Assembly: GCA_902826455.1 (NCBI GenBank)
Contig: CADEEV010000005.1
Location: 2,306-66,305 of the forward strand
Length of the DNA stretch: 64,000 nucleotides
From: an uncultured Acidobacteriota bacterium
GTDB lineage: Bacteria; Acidobacteriota; Vicinamibacteria; Fen-336
Direction: 5' to 3'
Shown: positions 47,319 to 56,595 of the stretch, one piece after another
Layout: each line of letters begins with the position of its first letter
Position numbering within the stretch: the stretch's first letter is position 1
Program-made: the position numbers and the translations under genes
Notes under the pieces: generated by a model
What the model saw: the letters and a program-made list of their open reading frames with translations, nothing else
Database searches by the model: none
What the model was told of the DNA's origin: nothing

Positions 47319-47771
47319 CTACCAGCGGTGGAACGCGGGGTGGTCGGGGCCGACGGCGACGAAGGTGCCACGGCACGTCGCACACACCGCGTCGCCGGAC
47401 TGCAGGGTGCCCTCGACGACGGCCTTGTTGCCTTCGGCCGAGACCACCTGGGCCCGCAGCCGCACCGGAGCGCCTGACGGCGTCGGGCGTCGAAGACGGA
47501 TGGCGTAGTCCGCGGTGACCGTGCTCGGGAGCGGACCCCCGGCCGGCGTGAGGTGCATCGCCGCGGCCCAGTTGCAGTGGCAGTCGAGCAGGGCGCCGAT
47601 GATGCCGCCGTTCAGGACGCCCGGGAAGGCCTCGTGATGGGGCTCGGGAGTCCACTCGGCGACGAGCGCGTCGCCCTCGACGAAGCTGCGGATGCGGAGG
47701 CCCTTGGGGTTCGCAGGACCGCAGCCGAAGCAGGTGCTGCGCGGCGCGAGGCGCTCCTGCAGGCTCTCCAA
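47319..47771 (-). CDS. PaaI-family hotdog thioesterase
   Basis: PaaI/4HBT-class motif (GVLNGGIIGALLDCHCNWAA...VVEGTLQSGDAV). Start tentatively TTG 47771, 5 nt after the upstream stop. Track start 47939 is over-extended. Confidence 0.6.
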   Translation of the reverse strand: MESLQERLAPRSTCFGCGPANPKGLRIRSFVEGDALVAEWTPEPHHEAFPGVLNGGIIGALLDCHCNWAAAMHLTPAGGPLPSTVTADYAIRLRRPTPSGAPVRLRAQVVSAEGNKAVVEGTLQSGDAVCATCRGTFVAVGPDHPAFHRW

Positions 47772-47776
47772 GCGGC

Positions 47777-48148
47777 CTAGTAGAGCTTCAGGTTCATGTT
47801 GTCGGCGGCGATGTCCGTCAGGTCGACGATCGCGGCCGCGTTCACGCCGATCGCGATCGCGATCGACTCCGAGATCTCCTCGCGCGTCGCGCCGAACTTC
47901 AGGGCTTTCTTCACGTGGCCCTCGAGACAGCCCTGGCACTTCGCCGCCAGGCTGGCCGCGATCGCGATCAGCTCCTTGGTCTTGCGATCGAGGACCGAGG
48001 GCCGGTACGTCTCCTTGTAGAACTGGAAGTAGATCTCGCGGAAGCGCGGATCCACCATCGTGTAGGAATCGGTCTGCTCGGGGGGCTTCGGCGCGCCGTT
48101 GTCCTCTTCGGGGAACGGGACGTGGTGCTTCTTCTCTTCAGGGCTCAC
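47777..48148 (-). CDS. Carboxymuconolactone decarboxylase-family (AhpD-like) protein
   Basis: CMD-fold motif with CQGC (LIAIAASLAAKCQGCLEGHV). GTG start overlapping the upstream stop (GTGA). Confidence 0.85.
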   Translation of the reverse strand: MSPEEKKHHVPFPEEDNGAPKPPEQTDSYTMVDPRFREIYFQFYKETYRPSVLDRKTKELIAIAASLAAKCQGCLEGHVKKALKFGATREEISESIAIAIGVNAAAIVDLTDIAADNMNLKLY

Positions 48149-49083
48149 CGGAGCTCTCCTTTGCTAGACGGCGAAACGGACTCGAGCAGGGCGGTCACTG
48201 CGGCTTCGTAGGCCGGCGTCCCGTCCTTGTACGCGTGGCCGTGGCCCTCGCTCGTGACGAGGAGCGTCCTGGCCGTCGGGCCGGCGGCGCGGGCCAGGTC
48301 CTGGGCGATCGCGGGCGGCATCCGCTCGTCGCCGCTGCTCGCGACGAACAACGCGGGGCGCCCGCCGAGGCGTGACGCGGCCCTCAGGATGTCGAGGTCG
48401 TCCGGGTCGAAGCCGGCACGCCGGCCCATCCAGAACACCGCGATGTCGGACGTCGGCCAGGCCGGAACCAGGTTGAGCCACCAGCGGTAGGAACGGAACA
48501 GGGACAGGTGGTGGCGCGCCGTGTCGCGCAGGCTGCGGAAACTGCTGTCGCACACCAGGCCCGCGATCCGCGAGTCCTCCGCGGCCGCCAGCGTGGCCGC
48601 GGCGCCACCGAAGGAGATGCCCCAGGCGACGATCGGGTGCGTCGAGCGGCCGCGCGCGAAATCGGTCGCCGCGATGACGTCGAGGCGCTCGTGGTAACCC
48701 AGGCTCCGGACGGTGCCTCCGCTCGCGCCGTGACGCCTGAGATCGAAGAGCAGCACGTTCCAGCCCAGGTTGTTGAGGAACGGCGTCTTCTTCACCATCT
48801 CGATGCGCGAGCGGTTGAGTCCGTGGACGAGGATCACCGTCCCCTTGGCCTCGGGCGCCGGAACCCACCAGCCGGACAAGGGCACGCCGTCCTTGGAATT
48901 GAACTTCACGTCCTCGAAGGGGAGCTGGAAGGACGCCGGGGTGAGGCCCTGGTTGTCGGCGTCCTTCATCTGGAAGGTGCGGATCGTGAAGACGCCGGCG
49001 AGGAAGTAGGGAACGAAGCCGAAGACGAAACCGAGGAGCGCGATGAGGAGAAGGAGGAGGATCCGGCGCCACCACCGTTTCAA
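48145..49083 (-). CDS. Membrane-anchored alpha/beta hydrolase
   Basis: N-terminal TM helix, oxyanion-hole HGLN, nucleophile elbow GISFGG. Confidence 0.8.
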   Translation of the reverse strand: MKRWWRRILLLLLIALLGFVFGFVPYFLAGVFTIRTFQMKDADNQGLTPASFQLPFEDVKFNSKDGVPLSGWWVPAPEAKGTVILVHGLNRSRIEMVKKTPFLNNLGWNVLLFDLRRHGASGGTVRSLGYHERLDVIAATDFARGRSTHPIVAWGISFGGAAATLAAAEDSRIAGLVCDSSFRSLRDTARHHLSLFRSYRWWLNLVPAWPTSDIAVFWMGRRAGFDPDDLDILRAASRLGGRPALFVASSGDERMPPAIAQDLARAAGPTARTLLVTSEGHGHAYKDGTPAYEAAVTALLESVSPSSKGELR

Positions 49084-49325
49084 GCCGGCCCCGCGCTCGC
49101 GTTCACGGGGCGATGATAGCAGGACGACCGGAGGAGGGCGTGGAACCGGACACGACGGCCGCGCGTGTGAGGCCTCTCTGGGGGCATTGGATCAGCCTCG
49201 GCGCGCCGTCACCCCGTCTCGTTCCCACGCCTCCCTCCGATTTGCTCGACGAGACCTACGGTCGTCGCAGATCCTTGTTCCACAGTCACTTGTGAAAGCT
49301 TGTCACCGTTCACGATAGGATCGCG

Positions 49326-50144
49326 GTGCGCATGGAGCCCTCGACGTCCATCCTCATCGTGAGCGGCGCGGCGACCGGGCTCGTGGGCTCGCTCCTGGGG
49401 CTCGGCGGCGGCGTCTTCCTCGTGCCGCTCCTGACTCTCGCGCTCGGCGTGCCGATTCGCACCGCGGTGGCCGCGAGCCTCATCTCCGTGATCGCGACCG
49501 CCTCGGCGTCGGCCACGGTCAACCTGGGCCGCGGCCTCGTCAACATGCGGCTGGGCCTGTCCCTCGAGGTCGCCACGAGCCTCGGAGGGCTAGCCGGCGG
49601 CATCGCGGCGTCCCTCCTCACGCATCGCCAGCTGTTCGTCACTTTCGGGACCACCCTCGGCGTGATGGGCGTCATCATGGCGGCGCGATCCAACAAGCGG
49701 AACGTGATCGTCGACCCCGACGCGGAACCCGGCCGGCTCGGCGGGCGGTTCACGGAGGGCGGTCGGGCGTACGTCTATCGCATGAAGCGGCTGCCGGTCG
49801 GGCTCGCCGCGTCGCTCGTCGCCGGCGCGGTCTCGGGCCTCCTCGGGGTCGGCGGCGGGATCATCAAGGTGCCGGCGCTCTCGGCGTTCTGCGGCATCCC
49901 GATTCGCGTGGCCGCCGCCACGAGCACGTTCATGATCGGTGTGACCGCGGCCGCCTCCGCCTTCATCTACTTCAGCCGTGGCGACGTGCTGCTGCCCCTG
50001 ACGGCCGCCGTGGCCCTGGGCGCGCTGCCCGGCAGCCTGCTCGGCGCGCAGCTCTCCGACCACGTGCGCGCCCGGTCCCTGAAGATCCTGATGGCGATCG
50101 TGCTGATGCTCGTGGGAACCCGCATGGGGCTCGAAGGCCTATGA
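49326..50144 (+). CDS. Sulfite exporter TauE/SafE family membrane protein
   Basis: Internal-repeat TM protein with GLGGG...VPLL motifs in both halves. Confidence 0.85.
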   Translation: MRMEPSTSILIVSGAATGLVGSLLGLGGGVFLVPLLTLALGVPIRTAVAASLISVIATASASATVNLGRGLVNMRLGLSLEVATSLGGLAGGIAASLLTHRQLFVTFGTTLGVMGVIMAARSNKRNVIVDPDAEPGRLGGRFTEGGRAYVYRMKRLPVGLAASLVAGAVSGLLGVGGGIIKVPALSAFCGIPIRVAAATSTFMIGVTAAASAFIYFSRGDVLLPLTAAVALGALPGSLLGAQLSDHVRARSLKILMAIVLMLVGTRMGLEGL

Positions 50145-50413
50145 ACGAGAAGGCGTCCGCCCTCGACAAGACGATCGAGGCCGTCCTCACGCTCGGCCTC
50201 GCCGGCAGCGCAGCGCTCCTGACCCTCGGCCTGTTCCTCGGGCGCTCTGGATTGCTCCAGGCCGGCGTCCTGATGCTGATGCTGACGCCCCTCGCACGCG
50301 TGGTGGTCGTCACGGTGGTGCTGTTCGACGAGGGCGACCGGTTCTTCGGGACCGTATCCCTCGGCATCCTCCTCGTCCTGATCGGGTCCGTCGTCGTGGC
50401 GGTGCGGCTCTGA
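50141..50413 (+). CDS. DUF1634-like small membrane protein (typical partner of TauE/SafE)
   Basis: 90 aa, two TM helices. ATGA overlap with the TauE stop. Confidence 0.6.
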   Translation: MNEKASALDKTIEAVLTLGLAGSAALLTLGLFLGRSGLLQAGVLMLMLTPLARVVVVTVVLFDEGDRFFGTVSLGILLVLIGSVVVAVRL

Positions 50414-50418
50414 GGACC

Positions 50419-51045
50419 TTGCGGGCCGTTCTCTTCGACTGGGACGGGACGCTCGTGGACTCGGCGGCGGCGAGCCTGCGCTCGTACGTGACGCTGTTCG
50501 GCGGCTTCGGCATCGACTACGGGCCCGAGGAGTTCGAGCGGACGTACTCACCGAACTGGCATCGGACCTACGCCGCACTCGGCCTGCCCGAGGAGCAATG
50601 GGACGAAGCCGACCGGCGCTGGCTGGAGATCTACGCGTCGGAGTCCAACGCGCTGCTCCCGGGAGCCTGGAGCCTGCTGGTCGCGTTGGGCGAGGCGCGG
50701 CTCGTCCAGGGCCTGGTCACGAGCGGCAGCCGGCCCCGCGTGGAGAAGGACCTCTCCCGGCTCGCGGTCGCCGCGTTCTTCGACGTGGTGATCTGCGGGG
50801 GCGATACGGCCTTCCGGAAGCCCCACCCCGAGCCCCTCCAGGTCGCTCTGGAGCGGATCGGGATCGAACCCGAGGATGCCGCCTACGTCGGCGACAGCCC
50901 CGAGGACATCGAGATGGCGAAGGCCGCGGGCGTGTACGCGATCGGCATCCCGGGCGCTTTCCCGAACCGCTCGGCCCTCGCGGCGTCGGCGCCCGACCGC
51001 CTGGCGGACGACCTCGCGGCGGCCCGGCGCTTCCTCGTTCCCTGA
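50419..51045 (+). CDS. HAD-superfamily hydrolase (phosphoglycolate phosphatase-like)
   Basis: Motif I LFDWDGTLVDS, motif II SGS, motif III/IV VGDSPEDIEMAKAAG. TTG start. Confidence 0.8.
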   Translation: MRAVLFDWDGTLVDSAAASLRSYVTLFGGFGIDYGPEEFERTYSPNWHRTYAALGLPEEQWDEADRRWLEIYASESNALLPGAWSLLVALGEARLVQGLVTSGSRPRVEKDLSRLAVAAFFDVVICGGDTAFRKPHPEPLQVALERIGIEPEDAAYVGDSPEDIEMAKAAGVYAIGIPGAFPNRSALAASAPDRLADDLAAARRFLVP

Positions 51046-51095
51046 GCCGCCCGAGTTTGGCGATTCCGGAGGCCGAAGGCTACAGTAATCGGCCT

Positions 51096-52229
51096 GTGAC
51101 GAGCTCCGAGATTCGTGCCGCGCCGATCCCGATGGTCGACCTCAAGGCTCAGTACCGGCGCATCCAGCCGGAGGTCGACGCCGCGGTGGCCCGGGTCCTC
51201 GCGAGCGCCCAGTTCATCGGCGGGCCCGAGTGCCAGGCTCTCGAGGCAGAGTTCGCGGCCTACTGCGGCGTGTCCCACGCAGTGGGCGTCGCGAACGGCA
51301 CCGATGCCCTGATCCTCGCCTTGCGCTGCTACGGAGTCGGGCCGGGCGACGACGTCGTGACGGTCGCCAACACCTTCATCGCCACCGGCGAAGCGATCGC
51401 CCTCAACGGGGCCCGCGCCGTGTTCGTCGACGTCGAGGAAGCCTCGGCCACGATGGACCCGCGCCTGCTCGAGAAGGCGCTCACGCCACGCACCAAGGTC
51501 ATCGTCCCGGTCCAGCTCTACGGCCAGCCCGCGGACATGGATCCGATCCTGGAGGTCGGCCGCCGGCATGGGATCCCGGTGCTCGAGGACGCCGCCCAGG
51601 CCCACGGCGGGGCGATCGGCCGCAAGCGGGTCGGGAGCTTCGGCCACGCCGCCAGCTTCAGCTTCTATCCCGGCAAGAACCTCGGCGCCTACGGGGACGC
51701 CGGCATGGTGGTCTCGAACGACGCCGACTTCATCGCGCGGCTGCGACAGATGGCGAACCACGGCGGCGGCGTTCACAAGTACGACAACGTCGTCGTCGGG
51801 ACGAACAGCCGCCTCGATGGCCTGCAGGCCGCGATCCTGCGCGTGAAGCTCCGGCACCTCGACACCTGGAACCGCGAGCGTCGCGAGCGCGCCCAGGCCT
51901 ACACGGCGGCCCTCACGGGGATCGCCGGCCTCACGCTACCGGCCGAGCGGTCGGGCGTGACGTCCGCGTGGCACCTCTACACGCTGCGAACGGCCAGGCG
52001 GGAGGCCCTCGAGGCGCACCTCGCGGGGCAGGGCATCGCCACGGCGAGGCACTACCCGCGGCCGATCCATCTCCAGCCCGCCATGGCCGCCATGGGCGGC
52101 AGGGAAGGCGATCTGCCGGTATCGGAGCGCCTCTGCCGGGAGGTCCTGCAGATCCCGCTGTACCCGGAGCTGCCCTTCGAAGCGGTCGGCCGGATCGCGA
52201 ACGAGATCCGCGCCTTCCTCTCAGCCTAG
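51096..52229 (+). CDS. DegT/DnrJ/EryC1/StrS-family sugar aminotransferase (PLP-dependent)
   Basis: IPMVDLKAQY start region and DAAQAHG...SFSFYPGKNLGAYGDAG core. Track ORF 50598..52229 is over-extended. Confidence 0.9.
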   Translation: MTSSEIRAAPIPMVDLKAQYRRIQPEVDAAVARVLASAQFIGGPECQALEAEFAAYCGVSHAVGVANGTDALILALRCYGVGPGDDVVTVANTFIATGEAIALNGARAVFVDVEEASATMDPRLLEKALTPRTKVIVPVQLYGQPADMDPILEVGRRHGIPVLEDAAQAHGGAIGRKRVGSFGHAASFSFYPGKNLGAYGDAGMVVSNDADFIARLRQMANHGGGVHKYDNVVVGTNSRLDGLQAAILRVKLRHLDTWNRERRERAQAYTAALTGIAGLTLPAERSGVTSAWHLYTLRTARREALEAHLAGQGIATARHYPRPIHLQPAMAAMGGREGDLPVSERLCREVLQIPLYPELPFEAVGRIANEIRAFLSA

Positions 52230-52640
52230 CGGGGACCGCGCCTCTCGAGCCGCCAGCACGCGCAGCTGGGCTTCGGCCGCCTTGCGCACCTCGAGATGCC
52301 GGCTCTCGGCCAGCAGGCGCCGCAGGTAGTCGACGTCCTCGGCGCGCGTCATGCCCCGGACCAGGATCTGGCCGATGTGACGGTCGCCGGAATGGTCCCG
52401 CAGCAGTCGCACGTTGCAGACCTTCTTCGCCGCTTCCTGGCGGACGAAGAAGTGGCGGTCGCTCGCGATGATCTCGAGCAGCGAGCGATCGTCCTCGTGC
52501 TGCGGACCCAGGGACTCGATGCGGAACAGCAGCTCGTCGTCGGAGAGGGCCAGCCAGCCTTCGTCGCGGGGGCGGGCGGGCTCGGGGCCCTGGCGCCAGG
52601 GCTGGCGCCGTCCCCGGTCGTCGTCCTCGGAGACGCTCAC
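52221..52640 (-). CDS. Hypothetical protein (139 aa)
   Basis: GTG start after SD GGAGGTGGGA, overlapping the PilZ stop (GTGA). Helical, protein-like C-terminal composition. Confidence 0.45.
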   Translation of the reverse strand: MSVSEDDDRGRRQPWRQGPEPARPRDEGWLALSDDELLFRIESLGPQHEDDRSLLEIIASDRHFFVRQEAAKKVCNVRLLRDHSGDRHIGQILVRGMTRAEDVDYLRRLLAESRHLEVRKAAEAQLRVLAAREARSPLG

Positions 52641-53023
52641 CGTCCCACCTCCAATAGCTGCTCCGCCCGTTCCCGGAATTCCACGAGGACCGATTCCACG
52701 GTGCGCCGTTCCTCGGGCTTCAGGCCCTTGAAGCTGATGCCGAACGAATGCAGTCCGGTGACGTCCGATGCGGTGCGCACCCAGCGCGCCTCGGCGGGAA
52801 GGCGGTACGAGGCCGCGCGCGCCCGGAAGCGGATCTCGACCACCATGGCCTGTCCCACGCGGGGCGGCTTCTCGTCGGTGTAGACGCGGGCGCCGCGGGG
52901 CGACAGGTTCGTCACGTAGCCCGAGATGCGGCGGCGGCCGAGGCGCACGTGGCACGGCGCGAGATAGGGCTCGATGCGGCGCGTCTTCCGCTGATCCTTC
53001 GCATCAGGCCCGGACCGCACCAT
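52637..53023 (-). CDS. PilZ-domain protein (c-di-GMP binding)
   Basis: RRxxxR-like (RKTRRIEPY / GRRRISGY) and DxSxxG-like (TNLSPRGARV) PilZ motifs. SD GGGGAGG. Confidence 0.7.
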   Translation of the reverse strand: MVRSGPDAKDQRKTRRIEPYLAPCHVRLGRRRISGYVTNLSPRGARVYTDEKPPRVGQAMVVEIRFRARAASYRLPAEARWVRTASDVTGLHSFGISFKGLKPEERRTVESVLVEFRERAEQLLEVGR

Positions 53024-53612
53024 CCGCCTCGCCTCCCCGATGCTCCTCGCCGAGCGCCGCCGCGATGCGGCCGCGAACTTCGGCGATCAGCCGATCGCGA
53101 TCGTCGTAACTGTATCCTCCCGCCTCGACGGGGTCCAGGACCCGCACGGTGACCAGCCCCGGTCTCACGCGGATGCCGCCGCGGGGCAGGAGCTCGCGGA
53201 TCCCGGTGATCGCCACGGGCAGGATCCGGCTGCCCGCTTCCATGGCCACCACGAAGCCGCCCTTCTTGAACTCCCCCAGGTGCCCCGAGAGGGTCCGGGT
53301 TCCTTCGGGGAAGATCAGGAAGCAGTTGCCTGCCCGGAGCGACGCGACCGCCGCGGCGATCGCCCGATGCGACTGGTCCGGGTCGCTGCGGTCGACCTCG
53401 ATGAAGCCGGCGTAGCGCAGGCAGTACTGGAAGAACGGCGTGCGGTAGATCTCGGTCTTCACGACGGCCTTGAAGTCGATGCCGAGGGTGAGCGCCACCA
53501 CGGGCGCGTCGAGCTGGCTCACGTGATTCGGCATCATCACCACGTTACGGGTGTCGGCGAGGTGCTCCCGCCCTTCCACGACGAAGCGCGTGCCGGCGAG
53601 GAACAGCATCAT
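53004..53612 (-). CDS. plsC: 1-acyl-sn-glycerol-3-phosphate acyltransferase (PlsC/LPLAT family). Annotated from the first canonical start; the real N-terminus is probably about 45 aa longer
   Basis: HX4D motif PNHVSQLD, FPEGTRT, and C-terminal PVAITGI. The same frame stays open upstream to 53795 and encodes a TM-anchor-like segment with no ATG/GTG/TTG. Confidence 0.75.
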   Translation of the reverse strand: MMLFLAGTRFVVEGREHLADTRNVVMMPNHVSQLDAPVVALTLGIDFKAVVKTEIYRTPFFQYCLRYAGFIEVDRSDPDQSHRAIAAAVASLRAGNCFLIFPEGTRTLSGHLGEFKKGGFVVAMEAGSRILPVAITGIRELLPRGGIRVRPGLVTVRVLDPVEAGGYSYDDRDRLIAEVRGRIAAALGEEHRGGEADGAVRA

Positions 53613-53748
53613 CCGGGCACCGAAGCGGCCGAGGACGTAGAGGATCGCGGGAGAGCCGAGCAGGCGTGCGAGCGGATAGCCGAAGAGGCTCGCCAGGACG
53701 ACGTAGGGAGGGATGACCGCGAGGATCAGCGCGGCCCGGATCAGGAGA

Positions 53749-54063
53749 CTAGGACTCCGCGGGCGTCTCGGGAGCGGCGACGGCGGCGGCGACGTTCAGG
53801 AGCGCCTTCAGTTCCTTGCCCATCTTGAAGTACGGGATCTTCTTGGGCGGCACGTCCACCTTCTCGCCGGTCTTGGGGTTGCGGCCCTTGCGGGGAGCCC
53901 GGTTGCGGAAGCGGAAGCTCCCAAAGCCCCGGATCTCAACCTCTTCGCCGTTCTGGAGAGCCGAGACGATGCTCTTGAGGGCGGCTTCGACGATGATCCC
54001 AGACTGGACCTGAGTGATATCGAGGCGCTTGGCCACGATGTTGATCAGGTCCGCCTTGGTCAT
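53749..54063 (-). CDS. HU/IHF-family DNA-binding protein
   Basis: MTKADLINIVAKRLDITQVQSGIIVEAALKSIVSALQNGEEVEIRGFGSFRFRNRAPRKGRNPKTGEKVDVPPKKIPYFKMGKEL: canonical HU/IHF fold sequence. The alternative ATG at 54087 would add 8 aa. Confidence 0.8.
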   Translation of the reverse strand: MTKADLINIVAKRLDITQVQSGIIVEAALKSIVSALQNGEEVEIRGFGSFRFRNRAPRKGRNPKTGEKVDVPPKKIPYFKMGKELKALLNVAAAVAAPETPAES

Positions 54064-54180
54064 CGCACTTCTCGAGGGCTCGTTCATGGCCGCGCTGGAA
54101 TCTTGGGTCAAGAGTCGGACGGAAGTCTAGACTCCCAATCCGTCGAAGTCAAGGCAGCGTTTGAAGATGCGGGGCGATGC

Positions 54181-54732
54181 CTAGGCGTCGGAGGTCCGGC
54201 GGCGCAGGCCGACGGGCTTCTGACGGACCGGCTTCGGGGCGGCTTCGAACGTCTTGTTGAGCGCCTTGTCGACGCGCTCCTCGATGATCGCCACCGTCTT
54301 GCCCTCGACCTCGGCGATCTCGCTCGTGATCAAGAACTTGGCGCGATCCAGCATGCGCTTTTCGCGGAACGAAAGCGCCTTCTTCTTGGCCAGGAAGGTG
54401 AGGCCCTTCAGCACGTGAGCGACCTCGAAGATGCTGCCCGTCCGCATCTTGTCGGAATTCTCCTTGAAACGGCCCTTCCAGTTGGAATGCTGCTCGATCG
54501 TGCCGTCACCGAGGATGTTGAAGATCTTGCGCACGTCGCTGGCCGTGATCACGGGACGCAGGCCAACCCCGTCGGCGTTTTCCTGAGGCACCCACACGCG
54601 CGAATCGTTGGAGAGGATCCGCAGCTTGTAGAGGCTGATCTTGCCCGTAGGCGTCGGTCGTGTCTGGATGCTTTCCACGATCCCGATGCCGTGATTCGGG
54701 TAGATCACCTTCTCGCCGACCTGGAACTCCAC
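54181..54732 (-). CDS. CarD/CdnL-family transcriptional regulator (RNAP-binding)
   Basis: N-terminal FQVGEKVIYPNHGIGIVESI (CarD_TRCF RNAP-interacting domain). Confidence 0.9.
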   Translation of the reverse strand: MEFQVGEKVIYPNHGIGIVESIQTRPTPTGKISLYKLRILSNDSRVWVPQENADGVGLRPVITASDVRKIFNILGDGTIEQHSNWKGRFKENSDKMRTGSIFEVAHVLKGLTFLAKKKALSFREKRMLDRAKFLITSEIAEVEGKTVAIIEERVDKALNKTFEAAPKPVRQKPVGLRRRTSDA

Positions 54733-54842
54733 GCGGACCTCTCTTTCGTGTCGTCTACCGATGAGCTCGGGTGGATGGGAGTGCTGGCACGTTCAGAGCC
54801 GAGAAGGTAAGTGTACCAAAGGGCTCGAAACGGGGCAAACCT

Positions 54843-55958
54843 CTAGACGTTGTCGCGGTACTCCCGGAGCAGCTGGACGAGGCGATCGATGTCGCTCTCG
54901 TCGTTGTAGAAGTGCGTCGAGACGCGGATGCCCTGGGGCTTCTCCGTCACGAGAACGCCCTGGCGCCGCAACGCGCGCGCGCACGCGTTGCCGTCGGCGA
55001 CCTCGACCAGGGTCTCCCCCGAGCGATGATCCCCGCCGGGCGACAGCACCGCGAAGCCCGCGCCCACGAGCGACATGGTGAGGTAGGAGTTGAGCTCCAG
55101 GACGCGCTGGGCGATCTCCGGCAGGCCGATCGCCAGGATGTAGTCGATGGCGGCGCCGAGGGCGAAGATCGCGCCGAAGGGCGGACAGCCCACCTCGGTC
55201 CGCGCCGCCGTCGGCATCAAGGCGTACTCGCGGTTGTTGAATTCGAACGGGTTCTCGACGCTCAACCAGCCCACGTTGCGCGGCGGACGGCGCGCCAGGA
55301 GCTCGCGGCTCATGTAGACGAAGCCCGCGCCGTATCCGGCGCAGAGCCACTTCTGCCCCGCCGTGACGAGCGCGTCGATGCGGCTCGCCTTCACGTCCAC
55401 GGGGAACGCCCCGACGCTCTGGCTGCCGCTCACCACGAAGCTGCGAGTGCCCTTGATGCGGCCGAAGGCGTCGAGGTCCTGGCGGCAGCCGTTGGAGAAC
55501 TGCACGTGGCTGATCAGGATCGTCGACGCCCGCGGGGCATCGGCTGCGGCGAAGGACTCGAGGTGCAGGATGCCCTCGACGGCGGGCACGAAGTGCACCG
55601 CCACGCCCCGGTGGATCCAGGGCAATGTGACCGTGGGGAACTCGAGCTCGTCGGAAAGTACCGCTCCGTCCTCGGCGAGCAGGTCGGCGATCAGGTTCAT
55701 GCCGACCGACGTGTTGTCGCAGAAGGCGATCTCTTCCGGCTCGGCGCCGATCAGCTTCGCCGCCTGGACGCGGACGTGGTCGCGTCGCGCCAGCCAGACG
55801 TTCCAGGCGCGGTCGCCGGAGTCCTCCATCTCGCGCAGGTAGGCCTCGACCGCCGCGCGGACGGGCCGGGGCGTCGGACTGCCCGCCGCTGCGTTCAGGT
55901 AGACGTAGCGGTCCGCCGCGGGAAAGTCCTTGCGCAGCTCGTCCCAGGCGGGCGCCAT
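54843..55958 (-). CDS. Class V aminotransferase (cysteine desulfurase / epimerase-like, PLP-dependent)
   Basis: Aminotransferase class V fold motifs (LVTAGQKWLCAGYGAGFVY; FYNDESDIDRL). Confidence 0.8.
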   Translation of the reverse strand: MAPAWDELRKDFPAADRYVYLNAAAGSPTPRPVRAAVEAYLREMEDSGDRAWNVWLARRDHVRVQAAKLIGAEPEEIAFCDNTSVGMNLIADLLAEDGAVLSDELEFPTVTLPWIHRGVAVHFVPAVEGILHLESFAAADAPRASTILISHVQFSNGCRQDLDAFGRIKGTRSFVVSGSQSVGAFPVDVKASRIDALVTAGQKWLCAGYGAGFVYMSRELLARRPPRNVGWLSVENPFEFNNREYALMPTAARTEVGCPPFGAIFALGAAIDYILAIGLPEIAQRVLELNSYLTMSLVGAGFAVLSPGGDHRSGETLVEVADGNACARALRRQGVLVTEKPQGIRVSTHFYNDESDIDRLVQLLREYRDNV

Positions 55959-56037
55959 CGGGGCCGAGAATATCCCAAACCGGCGACGGCGTTGGCGGAG
56001 CGCTCCTTCGCCACTACACTACGTCCTGCTCGCAGGG

Positions 56038-56126
56038 GCCGGAGTGGCGAAACTGGCAGACGCGCGGGACTCAAAATCCCGAGACTCGCAAGGGTCGTGT
56101 GGGTTCGATTCCCACCTCCGGCACCA
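56038..56126 (+). tRNA. tRNA-Leu (anticodon CAA)
   Basis: 89 nt. Acceptor stem GCCGGAG/CTCCGGC, D-arm GCG/CGC, anticodon stem CGGGA/TCCCG with loop CTCAAAA, 17-nt variable arm, T-loop TTCGATT, discriminator A plus an encoded CCA. Confidence 0.9.
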
Positions 56127-56145
56127 CCTCCTCGCGCTCGTCGCC

Positions 56146-56595
56146 TTGAGCCTCGCCACGAGCCTCGGCGCCCAGTCCCTCGGCGAGCTCGCCCGGCGCG
56201 AGAAGGAGCGGCGGAAAGCCTCGAGGGCCGCGCCGAAGGCCTACACCGAGCAGGACCTCCGGCGCGAGCCTGCGAGTCCGAAGGCCTCGCCTTCGCCGTC
56301 CCCCTCACCGTCCGCGACTCCTGAGGCTGTGGCCGAGTACGACCGCCTCAAGGACAAGAACCTCGAGCTGCAGTGGCGCGAGCGCTTCGCGAACGCACGG
56401 GCGCGCGTCGCCACGGCCGAGGCCGGGGCCTGGGTCACGCGGATCGAGACCGTGTTCGTGGGCGGCATCCCCGTGCAGCAGCAGGTCCGCGTGTTCGAGG
56501 AGACCGAGGAGCTACGCCAGGCCCGGAAGGCCCTGCCCGACCTGGAAGAAGAGCTGCGCCGGGCGGGGCTCCCGCCCGGCTGGGGCCGGAACTAG
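56146..56595 (+). CDS. Hypothetical protein with an (SP)n low-complexity linker (149 aa)
   Basis: Open frame immediately after the tRNA; protein-like C-terminal half (AEYDRLKDKNLELQWRERF...). The only canonical start is TTG 56146. Track ORF 55930..56595 runs through the tRNA and is rejected upstream of 56146. Confidence 0.35.
   Translation: MSLATSLGAQSLGELARREKERRKASRAAPKAYTEQDLRREPASPKASPSPSPSPSATPEAVAEYDRLKDKNLELQWRERFANARARVATAEAGAWVTRIETVFVGGIPVQQQVRVFEETEELRQARKALPDLEEELRRAGLPPGWGRN

Noticed and set aside
55930-56145. 5' part of track ORF 55930..56595 running through the tRNA-Leu gene
   Set aside because: It overlaps a structurally perfect tRNA. A protein-coding reading through a tRNA is not credible, so only the part after TTG 56146 is kept, at low confidence.
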